This document shows, one piece after another, positions 54,869 to 64,000 of a stretch of DNA of 64,000 bases (positions are counted from its first letter, which is position 1; each line of letters starts with the position of its first letter). The notes under the pieces are model-generated. The model ran no database searches. It was given only the letters and a program-made list of their open reading frames with translations, and was not told the origin of the DNA. The stretch comes from Spirochaetaceae bacterium (GTDB lineage Bacteria; Spirochaetota; Spirochaetia; DSM-27196; PWMO01), in assembly GCA_007693945.1 (NCBI GenBank), contig RECP01000069.1, positions 1,718-65,717 of the forward strand, written 5' to 3'. The position numbers and the translations under genes are program-made.

Positions 54869-55657
54869 ATGCCGCGCACAAGATCGCCAGTAGCTTTGCT
54901 GGTCCCGCTGATTGCGGTGGTTATGCTGATCACTACGGCCTGCGATGGTCTCTTGAGTCCGTCCGCTAACGACGCCGGGCGTCAGAACAACGACGGAACC
55001 CGCATCCTGTACGACAGTAGCCTGGGAACTCTTCCCGGTGATCAACAGTTCCGCTACCTGCGTTACCCTCTGTTCGGTGCCCAGGCAACCGAGACCTACA
55101 ACACCAATGTGACCGTTCTCGACACCTCGCCTGATATCACGGAACTGGCCGGCTACTTTGCCGGCTCGCCGGCGGCCCCTACGCTCCCCACGCTTGTGCG
55201 CAGCCGCGGCTATACTGTAACGTTTGCGCTGCAGGTTGACGAAGAAGATCACGGCAATCGGAGCGACCGGGCCGGCTTCAGCATTATCATACTGAGCGAT
55301 GATCTTCTCGGAATCTCACTGGGGTTCTGGGAAGACAGCATATGGGCACATGAGGGTGGTGAGTCGTCCGATCTCTTCGCGCGCGCCGAAGAGCTGGACC
55401 GGGACACTACCGCAGAGCTTGTCACCTACCGACTCACGATCCTCGGCAGCCGGTATGCGCTGTTCGCCGACGGACAGCAAATCCTGACCGGTACCGTGCG
55501 TGACTACACCGCCTTCGAAGGCTTCAGCGGTTTCAACCCCTACCGTACGCCCAATTTCATCTTTCTGGGTGATAACTCGCAGTCTGCGGCTGCCCGGGTG
55601 CGTCTGGGCGACATTACCTTAAGCGTACCAGCCGCCGATCCCGTCCCTGACCCGTAG
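54869..55657 (+). CDS. Lipoprotein with a beta-sandwich domain (resembles choice-of-anchor Y domain proteins)
   Basis: Lipobox TTAC and GGAGG RBS; DRAGFS, LGFW...IWA, G..RDYT.F and PY.TPNFIFLGDN motifs recalled from that family. Confidence 0.65.
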   Translation: MPRTRSPVALLVPLIAVVMLITTACDGLLSPSANDAGRQNNDGTRILYDSSLGTLPGDQQFRYLRYPLFGAQATETYNTNVTVLDTSPDITELAGYFAGSPAAPTLPTLVRSRGYTVTFALQVDEEDHGNRSDRAGFSIIILSDDLLGISLGFWEDSIWAHEGGESSDLFARAEELDRDTTAELVTYRLTILGSRYALFADGQQILTGTVRDYTAFEGFSGFNPYRTPNFIFLGDNSQSAAARVRLGDITLSVPAADPVPDP

Positions 55658-55691
55658 CGTGCATCACAGCGCGTGAGGCAGCGTCTCATCT

Positions 55692-55765
55692 TACGCCCAG
55701 CAGGACTCGAACCTGCCACCTACAGCTTAGAAGGCTGTTGCTCTATCCGGATGAGCTATGGGCGC
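55692..55765 (-). tRNA. tRNA-Arg(TCT)
   Basis: GCGCCCA/TGGGCGT acceptor stem, ACAGC-CT TCT AA-GCTGT anticodon arm and GGTTCGAGTCC T-arm. CCA is not encoded. Confidence 0.95.
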
Positions 55766-55847
55766 ATGGAGTCCTGCAGCAGGCGCTGCAGGATCGGCGC
55801 TGCGCGGACGCACGCGCCTGTTTCGGCCCTCCTTTGGGGGTCCGAAA

Positions 55848-55920
55848 TCGGGATGAGAGGATTCGAACCTCCGGTCTCCTGCTCCCAAAGCAGGCGCCTT
55901 AGCCACTAGGCTACATCCCG
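55848..55920 (-). tRNA. tRNA-Pro(TGG)
   Basis: CGGGATG/CATCCCG acceptor stem, CCTGC-TT TGG GA-GCAGG anticodon arm and GGTTCGAATCC T-arm. CCA is not encoded. Confidence 0.95.
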
Positions 55921-55965
55921 CAACCTGAACTTCCGCCGAGCCCACCAGGACGCGACGGCAACCGA

Positions 55966-55994
55966 ATTATAGCGACGGCCCTGCCCGCGGTCAA
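55966..55994 (-). promoter_or_regulatory. Sigma70 promoter of the tRNA-Pro/tRNA-Arg pair
   Basis: Minus strand TTGACC-17 nt-TATAAT, 45 nt upstream of tRNA-Pro. Confidence 0.75.
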
Positions 55995-56608
55995 CCGGGC
56001 ACAATGGTGACCGTCAGCTGCAGCAGTCGGCTGCCTCCGTCGCCGTCCAGGAAACGATAACGAAACAGCTCACCGTGACTCACGCCGGGTGGAATGACGG
56101 CAACTACAACCGTTCTGAACGGAGACGGGTTCCAGAAGAGACCAAAGCTCGGCGGCATCAAGTCCTCGTGGGTCAGCTCGATCGGCAGGCGCACTCCGGC
56201 GGCTGCTTCCTCGTGGGTCAGCTGCAGATCCATCTGTACCCGGGGTGTCGACCGCAGGTTGTCTTGCCACCACTGGTCAGCGCCCGCAATACCGCCAAAC
56301 AGATCAAACAGGTGCCAGAGCCCCCAACCACGTCCGGACGCAAATCGGTCGAGGTCTTCGTGCGGAACCCAATGCGAGAAATCCGATGCACCCTCGCGCT
56401 GACGCAGCTGCCGGTCGTGCACACGTCTCCGGCTGCTGTCGCGCAGAGTGTGGTACGCATCGTTCAGATCCGCAAATCGGTTGCCGTCTCCTTCGCGTGT
56501 ATCAGGATGTTGCAACTTGGCCTGCCGCCGATACGCACGCTTGATATCGTCACTATCCGCATCGCGAGGTACACCGAGGGTTCGGTAGTGATCCCGGTCT
56601 TCACTCAT
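55991..56608 (-). CDS. J-domain (DnaJ-like) protein
   Basis: DHY.TLGV...A...DIKRAYR..AK..HPD and F..LN.AY..L.D...R motifs, with a short DnaJ-C-like tail (IPPGV). Confidence 0.85.
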   Translation of the reverse strand: MSEDRDHYRTLGVPRDADSDDIKRAYRRQAKLQHPDTREGDGNRFADLNDAYHTLRDSSRRRVHDRQLRQREGASDFSHWVPHEDLDRFASGRGWGLWHLFDLFGGIAGADQWWQDNLRSTPRVQMDLQLTHEEAAAGVRLPIELTHEDLMPPSFGLFWNPSPFRTVVVAVIPPGVSHGELFRYRFLDGDGGSRLLQLTVTIVPG

Positions 56609-56760
56609 AGCTTGCCTCTTGGTGTCTGTCTATAAGAAAACAATGAAAGTCACGTTGGTCAAGAGGCGACACGGACACTCTATTGTTCGGCGTCGCCGGC
56701 GATCTTTGGCCGCTTCGACGTTGACAACGGTTCGTTTTGGCCGGTAGGCTGAAGCTGCGA

Positions 56761-57834
56761 ATGTCTACACAGCAACCGGTTCTTTCAGCGCTTGATTCTC
56801 ATCTCACCGAGGTCTTCGGTCGCCAGGGACTATCGCTGCTCGGGGTTGCCGCCGCCGACACGGGATCCGAGGCTATCCGCGCGTCAACGGAATACGACGC
56901 GTGGATCGCCGCCGGATACGCAGGAGAGATGCGTTATCTGCAACGTCACGCACCCATCAAGTACCGCCCCTGGATGTTAGTGCCGGACTGTCGCTCGGTT
57001 CTGATGGTCGGGTTGAACTATTACCGCCGCAGCTCGGCAGCCGCGCACCAACCACGGGTGGCGCGTTACGCCTGGGGACGCGATTACCACCGCCTGCTCG
57101 GCAAGCGCCTGCAGCGAGTGGCACGCTCCCTGGCGCAACGCTTCCCTGCTGACCGTTTTCGGGCCTTTACGGATGCCGTGCCCCTGGCTGAACGCTATTT
57201 TGGCCGGCAATCCGGTATCGGCTTCACCGGCCGCAACACGTTGCTGATCAGCGCAGAGTACGGCAGCTGGCTTGTACTGGGCGGAATAGCGACGACGCGC
57301 GTCTTCAGCCCGACTGCGCCGCCTTGTGGCAGTCGCGGCGCCTGTCCGCCGCGCTGTCGCAAGTGCATTGAAGTTTGCCCTACCGGAGCTCTGCTCGGGC
57401 CGTACCGGATCGATGCTTCACGCTGCATCTCGTATCTGACAATTGAATTGCGAGGCTCGATCCCGCCCCAACTGCGTCCGGCCCTCGGCTCGTGGCTGTT
57501 CGGCTGTGATCTGTGTCAGGAGGTCTGCCCGCTCAACGCACGGGCCCGGGTGACCGCTGAGCAGGACTTTCTGCGCGATCGAGCCGGCGAATCACCGCCG
57601 TTACGCGACATTCTTGGCATCACTACGGACGAGCAGTTCCGCGCCCGCTTTGCCGGGTCGCCGCTGGCTCGGGCCGGCCGACAGGGCTTGCTGCGCAACG
57701 CCTGCGTTGTGGCCGGCAACACTGGTCGTCACGACCTGGCGGAACTGTTGCAAGAGCGCAGCCGGGATAGCGACGCGGTAATCGCCGAACACGCGAGCTG
57801 GACGCTTGCAGTGCTCGGTTACGATACAACCTGA
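56761..57834 (+). CDS. queG: Epoxyqueuosine reductase
   Basis: W...GY.GEM.YL, ARYAWGRDYH, G.GF.GRN.LLI, C..C.KC...CPTGA, RCISYLTIE and FGCD.CQEVCP motifs. Confidence 0.93.
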   Translation: MSTQQPVLSALDSHLTEVFGRQGLSLLGVAAADTGSEAIRASTEYDAWIAAGYAGEMRYLQRHAPIKYRPWMLVPDCRSVLMVGLNYYRRSSAAAHQPRVARYAWGRDYHRLLGKRLQRVARSLAQRFPADRFRAFTDAVPLAERYFGRQSGIGFTGRNTLLISAEYGSWLVLGGIATTRVFSPTAPPCGSRGACPPRCRKCIEVCPTGALLGPYRIDASRCISYLTIELRGSIPPQLRPALGSWLFGCDLCQEVCPLNARARVTAEQDFLRDRAGESPPLRDILGITTDEQFRARFAGSPLARAGRQGLLRNACVVAGNTGRHDLAELLQERSRDSDAVIAEHASWTLAVLGYDTT

Positions 57835-57883
57835 CCGGCGGCCGTGCGCGGCCGCGGGCAACGGGCTTTCGGCCTTCAGCCCG

Positions 57884-58621
57884 TCACGGATCGGGTTCGG
57901 AGAGAATCGGGTGCATCACGCCGTCGAAACGCAGATTGCGGCGGAAGAGGTGTACATCACTGACCGCTTTCAGCCGAGAAAGGTACTCGCGAACCATCAT
58001 TCTCATTGCCGCGACGCCCTCGACGTCACGCGCACGATAGGCCACCGCTTCGATATGGTGGTTGTCGGCAATGTAGAGCGCCCGTTCAGCGTGGAATGCT
58101 TGAGAGATGATAGTGTACCGTGACTGATCGAAAACCAGGCGGGCTCGGACCACTGAATCGAAGGTGTTGAATCCCGCGTTGTCCAGCACGATCGACTCCA
58201 TCGGGATTCCCCGACCGACAAGCGCATCGCGCATCGCCACCGGCTCGTTATACGAAGCATGCCGGTTGTCGCCGCTGGCCAGGATATAGCGCACTTTGCC
58301 GGCCTCATAGAGCTCCACGGCGGCCTCAATGCGGTGGGCAAAGAACGGGTTTATCCCGCCGCCGGGCTGATACTTGGCGGTTCCCAGCAGCAACCCTACG
58401 TCGTTATATGGAACCTCGTTGACGCTGTCATAGACAAACTCGCGTCCGTGTTGCTGTACAACGGTGTTGGCGTAGAACAGCAGTACCACTAACAGCAGCA
58501 GCCCGTAGTGAGCGCAATATCCGGCTATGCGAAGTACACGTGAGCGCCTCTCCGATGATCCGGGGCCGGTATTTTGCGAGACAGGTATGTTAGGTTCGAC
58601 CTCGCAGTTTTGAGATGACAT
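57884..58621 (-). CDS. sanA: SanA/YdcF (ElyC) family protein
   Basis: GLLLGT, R...A.ELY.AGKV, SGDN....YNEP..M, D.AGF.T.DS..RA, ISQ.FH.ERALY and RE.L.R motifs. Start uncertain. Confidence 0.85.
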   Translation of the reverse strand: MSSQNCEVEPNIPVSQNTGPGSSERRSRVLRIAGYCAHYGLLLLVVLLFYANTVVQQHGREFVYDSVNEVPYNDVGLLLGTAKYQPGGGINPFFAHRIEAAVELYEAGKVRYILASGDNRHASYNEPVAMRDALVGRGIPMESIVLDNAGFNTFDSVVRARLVFDQSRYTIISQAFHAERALYIADNHHIEAVAYRARDVEGVAAMRMMVREYLSRLKAVSDVHLFRRNLRFDGVMHPILSEPDP

Positions 58622-59306
58622 CAATCGCCTTAAGCCGCACCTCGCGCATATAATTTCCCGAGGTAACCCCCAGCAGCGCATCGATTACGGCAGGATCGGA
58701 GATACCGCCAGTGGCGACAGCAAGCTTCTCTATCGCAAGCAACGACGCAAACGCGAGGTTGTTATCCGGTGCCAGCTGGATATTCTGGCGGCCGAGCACG
58801 CGAGCAACCTGAGTGGTGACTTCGTTCTCATCGTTCATGCCGATAAGCCCCAGCGCATAGACTGCTTCCGAGAGAACCATCGGTTCCGGGTCATCCCGCA
58901 GGATTCCGAGCAGGACACGCTTTGACTGCTCACCCCCGATCTCACCAAGCAGACCGGCAGCCTCACGGCGAATATCGGGATAATCGTTCTCGATGCGACT
59001 ACCGCCGCTGATGACCCGGCGCCCGGTGCCTTCGGTTGCCAGCGACTCAAGTACGATGAACAACGACGGGTTATCCTCAGTCAACGCACCGGACTGTATC
59101 ATGGAACGGATACTCTGCAGAGCGAGTAATTTCATCTCGCGGTCTTCCGAACGTGCCTGACTGCGAATGATCTGCAGCTCAACGTCCTGACTGAGATAGA
59201 GCTCTTCGATGGTATACTGACGGCGATCTTCAGCTGCGTCCTGCTGAGCAAAAACCAGACCACCGAACACTGCAACCAGCGCTATAATCACAACAAACCG
59301 CTTCAT
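58590..59306 (-). CDS. Exported HEAT-repeat protein
   Basis: Signal peptide; IRREAA.LLG..G and EPMVLSEAVYALG repeats; GAGGAG RBS. Confidence 0.8.
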   Translation of the reverse strand: MKRFVVIIALVAVFGGLVFAQQDAAEDRRQYTIEELYLSQDVELQIIRSQARSEDREMKLLALQSIRSMIQSGALTEDNPSLFIVLESLATEGTGRRVISGGSRIENDYPDIRREAAGLLGEIGGEQSKRVLLGILRDDPEPMVLSEAVYALGLIGMNDENEVTTQVARVLGRQNIQLAPDNNLAFASLLAIEKLAVATGGISDPAVIDALLGVTSGNYMREVRLKAIDVISKLRGRT

Positions 59307-59348
59307 CGGGCGCTCCTCGGAAGATAACAATCCAGTTCAGAGTATAGT

Positions 59349-59966
59349 CTAGAATACATCAACTTTCCAACTTCCGGCCACGTTTCGCAGAAGGTAGAGA
59401 ATCGCGGGTTGGCCCCGTACAACCATAATGGCCTCAACCTGGTCATCCCGCAGGAACCGTAGATCGTCAAGCCGGGCATTTGCCCGGCTCGGTCCGACAA
59501 CCCACTCGAAGTAGTCGCGCAGGCTCTCGAGCTCGATTTCGTTGCGTTGCAGAATCGGCATTTGCGAGATCTCGCGCAAGATCTGCGGATCCGAATAGGT
59601 GCGCCGGTACTCGGGCGTCAGATAGTCCAGCCAGCGCTGGTAATCACGCCGCGCGATGATGCCGTTGAGCTCTTCGATTGTCTGCTCGACTTCACTGAAG
59701 GTGCGCTCGAATACCTCTTCAGTCACCTCAAACGCTTCTTCAACCGCAGGTTCGGCTGCGGGCGGAACGGGCTCAGGATCCTGCGCAACCGGCGGTTCCG
59801 GATCGACCCTCTCCGGCTCCGCCGGCGCTTCCGGCTCTGCCGGAGGAGACGGCGGAGCCGGATGCACCGCTGCCGGTTCGTCGCCGGGCACGACACTGGC
59901 GCATCCGCCCAGCAACAACGCGAGGAGAAGCATCAACGTGAGGGTTGCCGTCAGCACCTTTGGCAT
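59349..59966 (-). CDS. Hypothetical lipoprotein with a Pro/Glu-rich linker
   Basis: Lipobox LGGC, a low-complexity linker and a globular C-terminal domain. Confidence 0.78.
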   Translation of the reverse strand: MPKVLTATLTLMLLLALLLGGCASVVPGDEPAAVHPAPPSPPAEPEAPAEPERVDPEPPVAQDPEPVPPAAEPAVEEAFEVTEEVFERTFSEVEQTIEELNGIIARRDYQRWLDYLTPEYRRTYSDPQILREISQMPILQRNEIELESLRDYFEWVVGPSRANARLDDLRFLRDDQVEAIMVVRGQPAILYLLRNVAGSWKVDVF

Positions 59967-60026
59967 TCTACCTATATAGTACCTTCGGCGCCGCAGGCTG
60001 TCAAATCGCGGGTTCTTTGCCTGCAA

Positions 60027-60080
60027 TTCGCATTCTGACCGCAGGGAGTCGGTTGGCATCGGATGACTGTGCGGCCGCCG
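60027..60080. repeat. Intergenic palindromic repeat element, copy 5 (left-end fragment)
   Basis: TTCGCATTCTGACCGCAGGGAGTCGGTTGGCAT..ATGACTGTGCG closely matches 21779-21833. Confidence 0.8.
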
Positions 60081-60119
60081 CTTGCGCGCGGACACAATGC
60101 ACGCTACTATTAATATGAG

Positions 60120-62177
60120 ATGTCAACAGCGCAGGATGTGGTCAAGATTCTACAGAGTTACACCAGGAAATCGCGCTCCCCAGATATTGCGTTTGACGAA
60201 CTGGTGACGTTTACCTACAAGTATCTCGAACGATTTGCCGATGAGAATCACGATCTCGCCGATCTGGATGAGAACACTGAGAATCTGCTGGCTGCCAGGC
60301 TGATTGAGCTCGAAAAGCAAGGGCGCGTGACTGTCGAGTACGACGGCAGCCGCATTGCAACGGTTCACTTCCCCGAGTACTACACCGCGCAGATACACGC
60401 CTACTATAGAAAGATCCACGACAAACCGATGCTGCCCTTCCCGACCGAAGAGAGTATCGAGGTGATGATTCCCAACGAAATCATACAACCGATCGACGTC
60501 AAAACGGACTTTGTGTCGTGGCTGGAAGGCAAACCCGACGGGGACGTGCGCGTACTGCGGCTGATGTTTCCCGAGGGGCTCAAGACCATGATTGCGACCA
60601 CCGACCTGCTTCCACGGGTGCTGGTTGAAACAAGCGTGCACAAGATCCGCGGCTATCTGCGCAGCGAACGGAACGTCTCGTATATCAAGAGCAAGTTGAG
60701 CGGAGTGTTCCGCAACCGCGAGATGGTACTTAATGAGATGCTGGGCAAGATCCTCACCACGCCTGATGAGGCCGTGCGCTCGGTGTTGCAGCCGTCCGAG
60801 TTCAGTTTTCACTTCTGGACGACACTTTCGAGTCTTCTGATAAAGGATCTGGCTTCCAAGAAAGAGAAGCTGCAGGAGGAACACGACTACGGCCAGTCGG
60901 CATACCTGCTCGGCTACTACAATGTCTACTACAAGGGCATCCTGCAGCGCAAACGGGAAAAGGAAGCCGCGCTGCAAACCCTGGATGCCCGGCTGCGTAA
61001 GTCGCCGTACGCGTTCACCATCTCCGACATCTACAACTTCACCGATTCCAGGGGCGTGCTGCTGACCAAGCGCTACACAACCGACAACATCAGCGAGTAT
61101 CTTGCCGGACAACTACGTCACGAAGGAGAGACCCGGCTGGCGCCGATGGTGCGCGTGAAAGACCCGGCCGGGAAAGAGTACTACATCCGGCATGAATACG
61201 TACTACGAGTGCTGATTGAGGGACTTTTCGACGCATCACGCGAGTTTGCCGATTTCTTCGTCGAGAACTGGAGCACGGACATGAAGGCCGACCGACGGCC
61301 CGTGGAGATGACCGATCAGAGCGCCTTTGAGACTGCGGTCAAGGCGCGCATGGAAGAACGTTTCCCGGTAGTCTGCGCTCTGTGCCGCTTTGATTTGATC
61401 TACCTCTGCGCGACTGAGCAGAAAGTAACGGGCGAGACGGCCGCCGAAGTGAACCGCATGATCGACAGGCAACAGCGGACCGTGCGCCCGATGCACGAAC
61501 TCTTGCAACTCGATCGCGAGAAACTGGCTGCTGATGCCAGACTGCTGCTGCCGTTCTGGCAAGCTATCTCCTGGCTGCACGCTATCGTGCGTTTCATGCA
61601 GCGAGCGTTGCTGGGCACGAAGACCCCGGGATACGTTGAACGCAGCCAACGGTCGCGGCGCGTCCGCCGCAGCAAGGCCCGTTCCGGAAAACGTCTTCCC
61701 GTTGATGCTTCAGAGCGCGAAACGCCGGTTACGCCGCAGCCGACGACGATGCAGCTCGGCGCGGCGCCGGCTGGCGGCGCGGCCGAGAACGCTGCCGGCC
61801 ACCGGTCCGCAGATCAACTGTCGGCGCGTAAGGTCAAATCGCAGCAGTTCAAGCAGCGCATTGAAGAGTTGCAGCGAGCCTACATCGGTGAGAGCGGCAA
61901 CCTCGACACCACGCTGGAGGAGCTGATAGAACGCTGGAATCCGCTGCTCGATCCCGTGGCCAAGAGCAATCTTGTGGAGGACGTCAACTCTCTGGTACGT
62001 GACTTCCTCAGGCGGATGAAGGTCGGGTTCCGTTTGATCCCGCCGGACCGCGCGCGAATCCAGGGATTTGCGGAAAAACTGTCGCACAGTGAAGTCTTTG
62101 ACCAGATACGGCGCAAGGATGCGCTGAAAACCTATCTGGAACTCTACATGCTGAAGGTGCTCGGAAAGATATCATGA
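60120..62177 (+). CDS. Large conserved hypothetical protein
   Basis: 685-aa ORF with strong coding bias; no recognised catalytic motif. Confidence 0.8.
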   Translation: MSTAQDVVKILQSYTRKSRSPDIAFDELVTFTYKYLERFADENHDLADLDENTENLLAARLIELEKQGRVTVEYDGSRIATVHFPEYYTAQIHAYYRKIHDKPMLPFPTEESIEVMIPNEIIQPIDVKTDFVSWLEGKPDGDVRVLRLMFPEGLKTMIATTDLLPRVLVETSVHKIRGYLRSERNVSYIKSKLSGVFRNREMVLNEMLGKILTTPDEAVRSVLQPSEFSFHFWTTLSSLLIKDLASKKEKLQEEHDYGQSAYLLGYYNVYYKGILQRKREKEAALQTLDARLRKSPYAFTISDIYNFTDSRGVLLTKRYTTDNISEYLAGQLRHEGETRLAPMVRVKDPAGKEYYIRHEYVLRVLIEGLFDASREFADFFVENWSTDMKADRRPVEMTDQSAFETAVKARMEERFPVVCALCRFDLIYLCATEQKVTGETAAEVNRMIDRQQRTVRPMHELLQLDREKLAADARLLLPFWQAISWLHAIVRFMQRALLGTKTPGYVERSQRSRRVRRSKARSGKRLPVDASERETPVTPQPTTMQLGAAPAGGAAENAAGHRSADQLSARKVKSQQFKQRIEELQRAYIGESGNLDTTLEELIERWNPLLDPVAKSNLVEDVNSLVRDFLRRMKVGFRLIPPDRARIQGFAEKLSHSEVFDQIRRKDALKTYLELYMLKVLGKIS

Positions 62178-62746
62178 CTCCATCGTCAGTGATCCTGATC
62201 ACGGGAGCGCGGGGCGCCGGCAAGTCCACGCTGTGCAGTGCGGTGTACCGCAAGGCGGTCAGCAGCGGATGGAGCGTCTGTGGTGTCATAAGCCGGGCGG
62301 TCTACGATCACGATAGCGGACTCGATAGGATAGGCATCGACGCCTTCAACATCACCACCAGTGAAACAACGCCACTGGCGCGCAGAGACGGTAGTCTGGA
62401 CGGCTCACGCTGGGCCTGCTATACCTTCAGCGATCAGACAATCAGCGACTGTGTCAGTGCAACCGTCGAAGCTCTCGACAGCGGCGCCGAGCTGCTTATT
62501 CTGGACGAAATCGGGCCCCTGGAACTGACGGCTGATAAGGGATTCCTGCCGATACTGACCTTCCTCGGGAACACGCGTTTGCCGCGAGCTACGTTTGCGG
62601 TGGTGCGTCCATCGCTGCACGACCGACTGCAGCAGTTCTTTGCCCTCTGCCCGTCGCGACCCACAATCCGGAGCGTCGAAGTCACTGCGCACAACCGGGC
62701 GGCACTTATCGATCAGCTGCTGACTTCAGACGATCAGTTCCTGTAG
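62174..62746 (+). CDS. THEP1/NTPase_1-like P-loop nucleoside triphosphatase
   Basis: ITGARGAGKSTL, LLILDEIGPLEL...GF and VVRP motifs; ATGA coupling to the upstream gene. Confidence 0.85.
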   Translation: MTPSSVILITGARGAGKSTLCSAVYRKAVSSGWSVCGVISRAVYDHDSGLDRIGIDAFNITTSETTPLARRDGSLDGSRWACYTFSDQTISDCVSATVEALDSGAELLILDEIGPLELTADKGFLPILTFLGNTRLPRATFAVVRPSLHDRLQQFFALCPSRPTIRSVEVTAHNRAALIDQLLTSDDQFL

Positions 62747-63292
62747 AGTCATTTCGCCCATGAAACTGAGCGAGTCAACGCACGCCTGAAACAGACGCAT
62801 GCACATGATGGAATCGTCCAGTCCGCGGTGCGCCGTACCGCGCTGAAGCGCCAGTTCGCCGACCAGCGCCTGCAGGCTGTAGCTCTTCAGTCTAGGGAAT
62901 GCGCGTTGTGCGAGTACCTGGGTATCGATGATAACGTTGGTCAAGCCCGCCATTCCGGTCGAATCAAGCGCCGCTCGCAGGAACCCGACATCGAACTGGG
63001 CGTTGTGCGCTACAAGCACGGTTCCTTCGACAAACTGCATGAACTGCGGAATAACCTGCTCCACCGGTGGTTTGCCGTGCACCATCTCGTTTGTTATGCC
63101 GCTGACCAGGACGGCGTTTTCGGGTATCGGAATACCGGGATTCACCAGCGCATCAAACGAGTCGAGTACCCGGCCTTCGCGGAACCTCACCGCACCAAAC
63201 TCCACGATACGGTCGGTAGCCGGATACAGTCCGGTGGTTTCAAAGTCAAAAGCGGTAAAAGTCACTTCATTGACGGAACGCGAAAAGTCCAT
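62726..63292 (-). CDS. DEDDh 3'-5' exonuclease (DnaQ-like)
   Basis: FDFETTGL, VAHNAQFD.GFL and AHRGLDD motifs. Confidence 0.92.
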   Translation of the reverse strand: MDFSRSVNEVTFTAFDFETTGLYPATDRIVEFGAVRFREGRVLDSFDALVNPGIPIPENAVLVSGITNEMVHGKPPVEQVIPQFMQFVEGTVLVAHNAQFDVGFLRAALDSTGMAGLTNVIIDTQVLAQRAFPRLKSYSLQALVGELALQRGTAHRGLDDSIMCMRLFQACVDSLSFMGEMTLQELIV

Positions 63293-63348
63293 GGTTACCC
63301 CCGGCTGTCGCACTCTTTATGCCCGACAGTTGTTCCTGCCGTCGCCGT

Positions 63349-64000
63349 TCAGCCGTTGCCGACGGATTCGATCATGTTGTTTATGGACTGCTCAATCCGC
63401 GCCAGTTTCTGCTTGACCGCCTGCCGGGCGTCCTCGAGCGTCTCCTGCACCGGTGCCGACGCGGAGGCGTAGAACTTGATCTTGGGCTCGGTACCCGACG
63501 GACGGGCACTGACGATTGTGCCGTCGGTCAGAAAGAACTGCAGCACGTTTGACCGGGGAAGGTCGGTCATCGCCCGCTTCGTACCGCTTTGCAGATCAAA
63601 CACGGTGCTCTGCTGCACGTCGCGTATTCGCAGCACCTCGATCTCGCCAACCATCCGAGGAGGGGCATCACGCAGTTGTTGCATCAGCGCCTGCATGGTA
63701 GCCGCGCCGGCTTGACCGGGGAAGGAACGCGAAATGGTGACTTCCTCGTAGTAGCCGAATTGCTGGTAGATCTCCTGCAAACGCTGGACAACCGACTTTC
63801 CCTGCTGCACGTGGTAGAGCGCCATCTCGGTAGTCAACAGTGCCGCCGAGATGGCGTCCTTATCGCGCACTTCGGCGCCGATCAAGTAGCCGTAGCTCTC
63901 CTCATCCCCCATAACAAAGGTCGGCTGATCGGGCTCCGTCTCGAAGCGCCGAATGAGCTCGGCGATGTGCTTGAAACCGGTAAGGGTGTCGAAGACCTCG
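63349..64000 (-). CDS. Phosphoglucomutase/phosphomannomutase, 5' partial
   Basis: TLTGFKHI, G.EESYGY, VRDKDA and RPSGTEPKIKFY motifs; the frame runs off the window end. Confidence 0.92.
   Translation of the reverse strand, partial: EVFDTLTGFKHIAELIRRFETEPDQPTFVMGDEESYGYLIGAEVRDKDAISAALLTTEMALYHVQQGKSVVQRLQEIYQQFGYYEEVTISRSFPGQAGAATMQALMQQLRDAPPRMVGEIEVLRIRDVQQSTVFDLQSGTKRAMTDLPRSNVLQFFLTDGTIVSARPSGTEPKIKFYASASAPVQETLEDARQAVKQKLARIEQSINNMIESVGNG

Noticed and set aside
55660-56000. Prophage or genomic island integrated at tRNA-Arg/tRNA-Pro
   Set aside because: No integrase and no duplicated tRNA 3' end were found in the window, and the flanking genes are mostly housekeeping.

Overview
GC-rich bacterial chromosomal segment. 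By recall of several lineage-type hypothetical and HEAT proteins it is probably a free-living spirochaete, but this is inference and was not searched. It is densely coding, with about 54 genes and 2 tRNAs; no CRISPR array, integrase or transposase was seen. Main contents: an atypical glyA/M20 amidohydrolase/DUF3100 transporter operon, nfeD-stomatin, ettA, a GNAT-histidine kinase fusion, trpB2, class II RNR (nrdJ) with tandem NrdR-like boxes, htpX, a chelatase chlI/chlD gene, a degenerate CysRS paralogue, htrA-cbpA-groEL, a pdeM-imuA-imuB-dnaE2 mutasome region, apbE, uppP, slyD, tRNA-Pro/tRNA-Arg and queG. Most notable observations: (1) a CysRS paralogue with a rebuilt Zn/amino-acid pocket and no anticodon-binding domain; (2) an A10G slippery site that would fuse the chelatase AAA+ and VWA ORFs by -1 frameshifting; (3) five copies of a non-coding, nested-palindromic intergenic element with compensatory base changes; (4) an SHMT-like enzyme with alpha-methylserine-hydroxymethyltransferase-type motif changes inside a catabolic-looking operon; (5) a perfect operator palindrome over the imuABC promoter, a sigma54 site before groEL, and several apparently leaderless genes. 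All family assignments come from motif recognition, not database searches.
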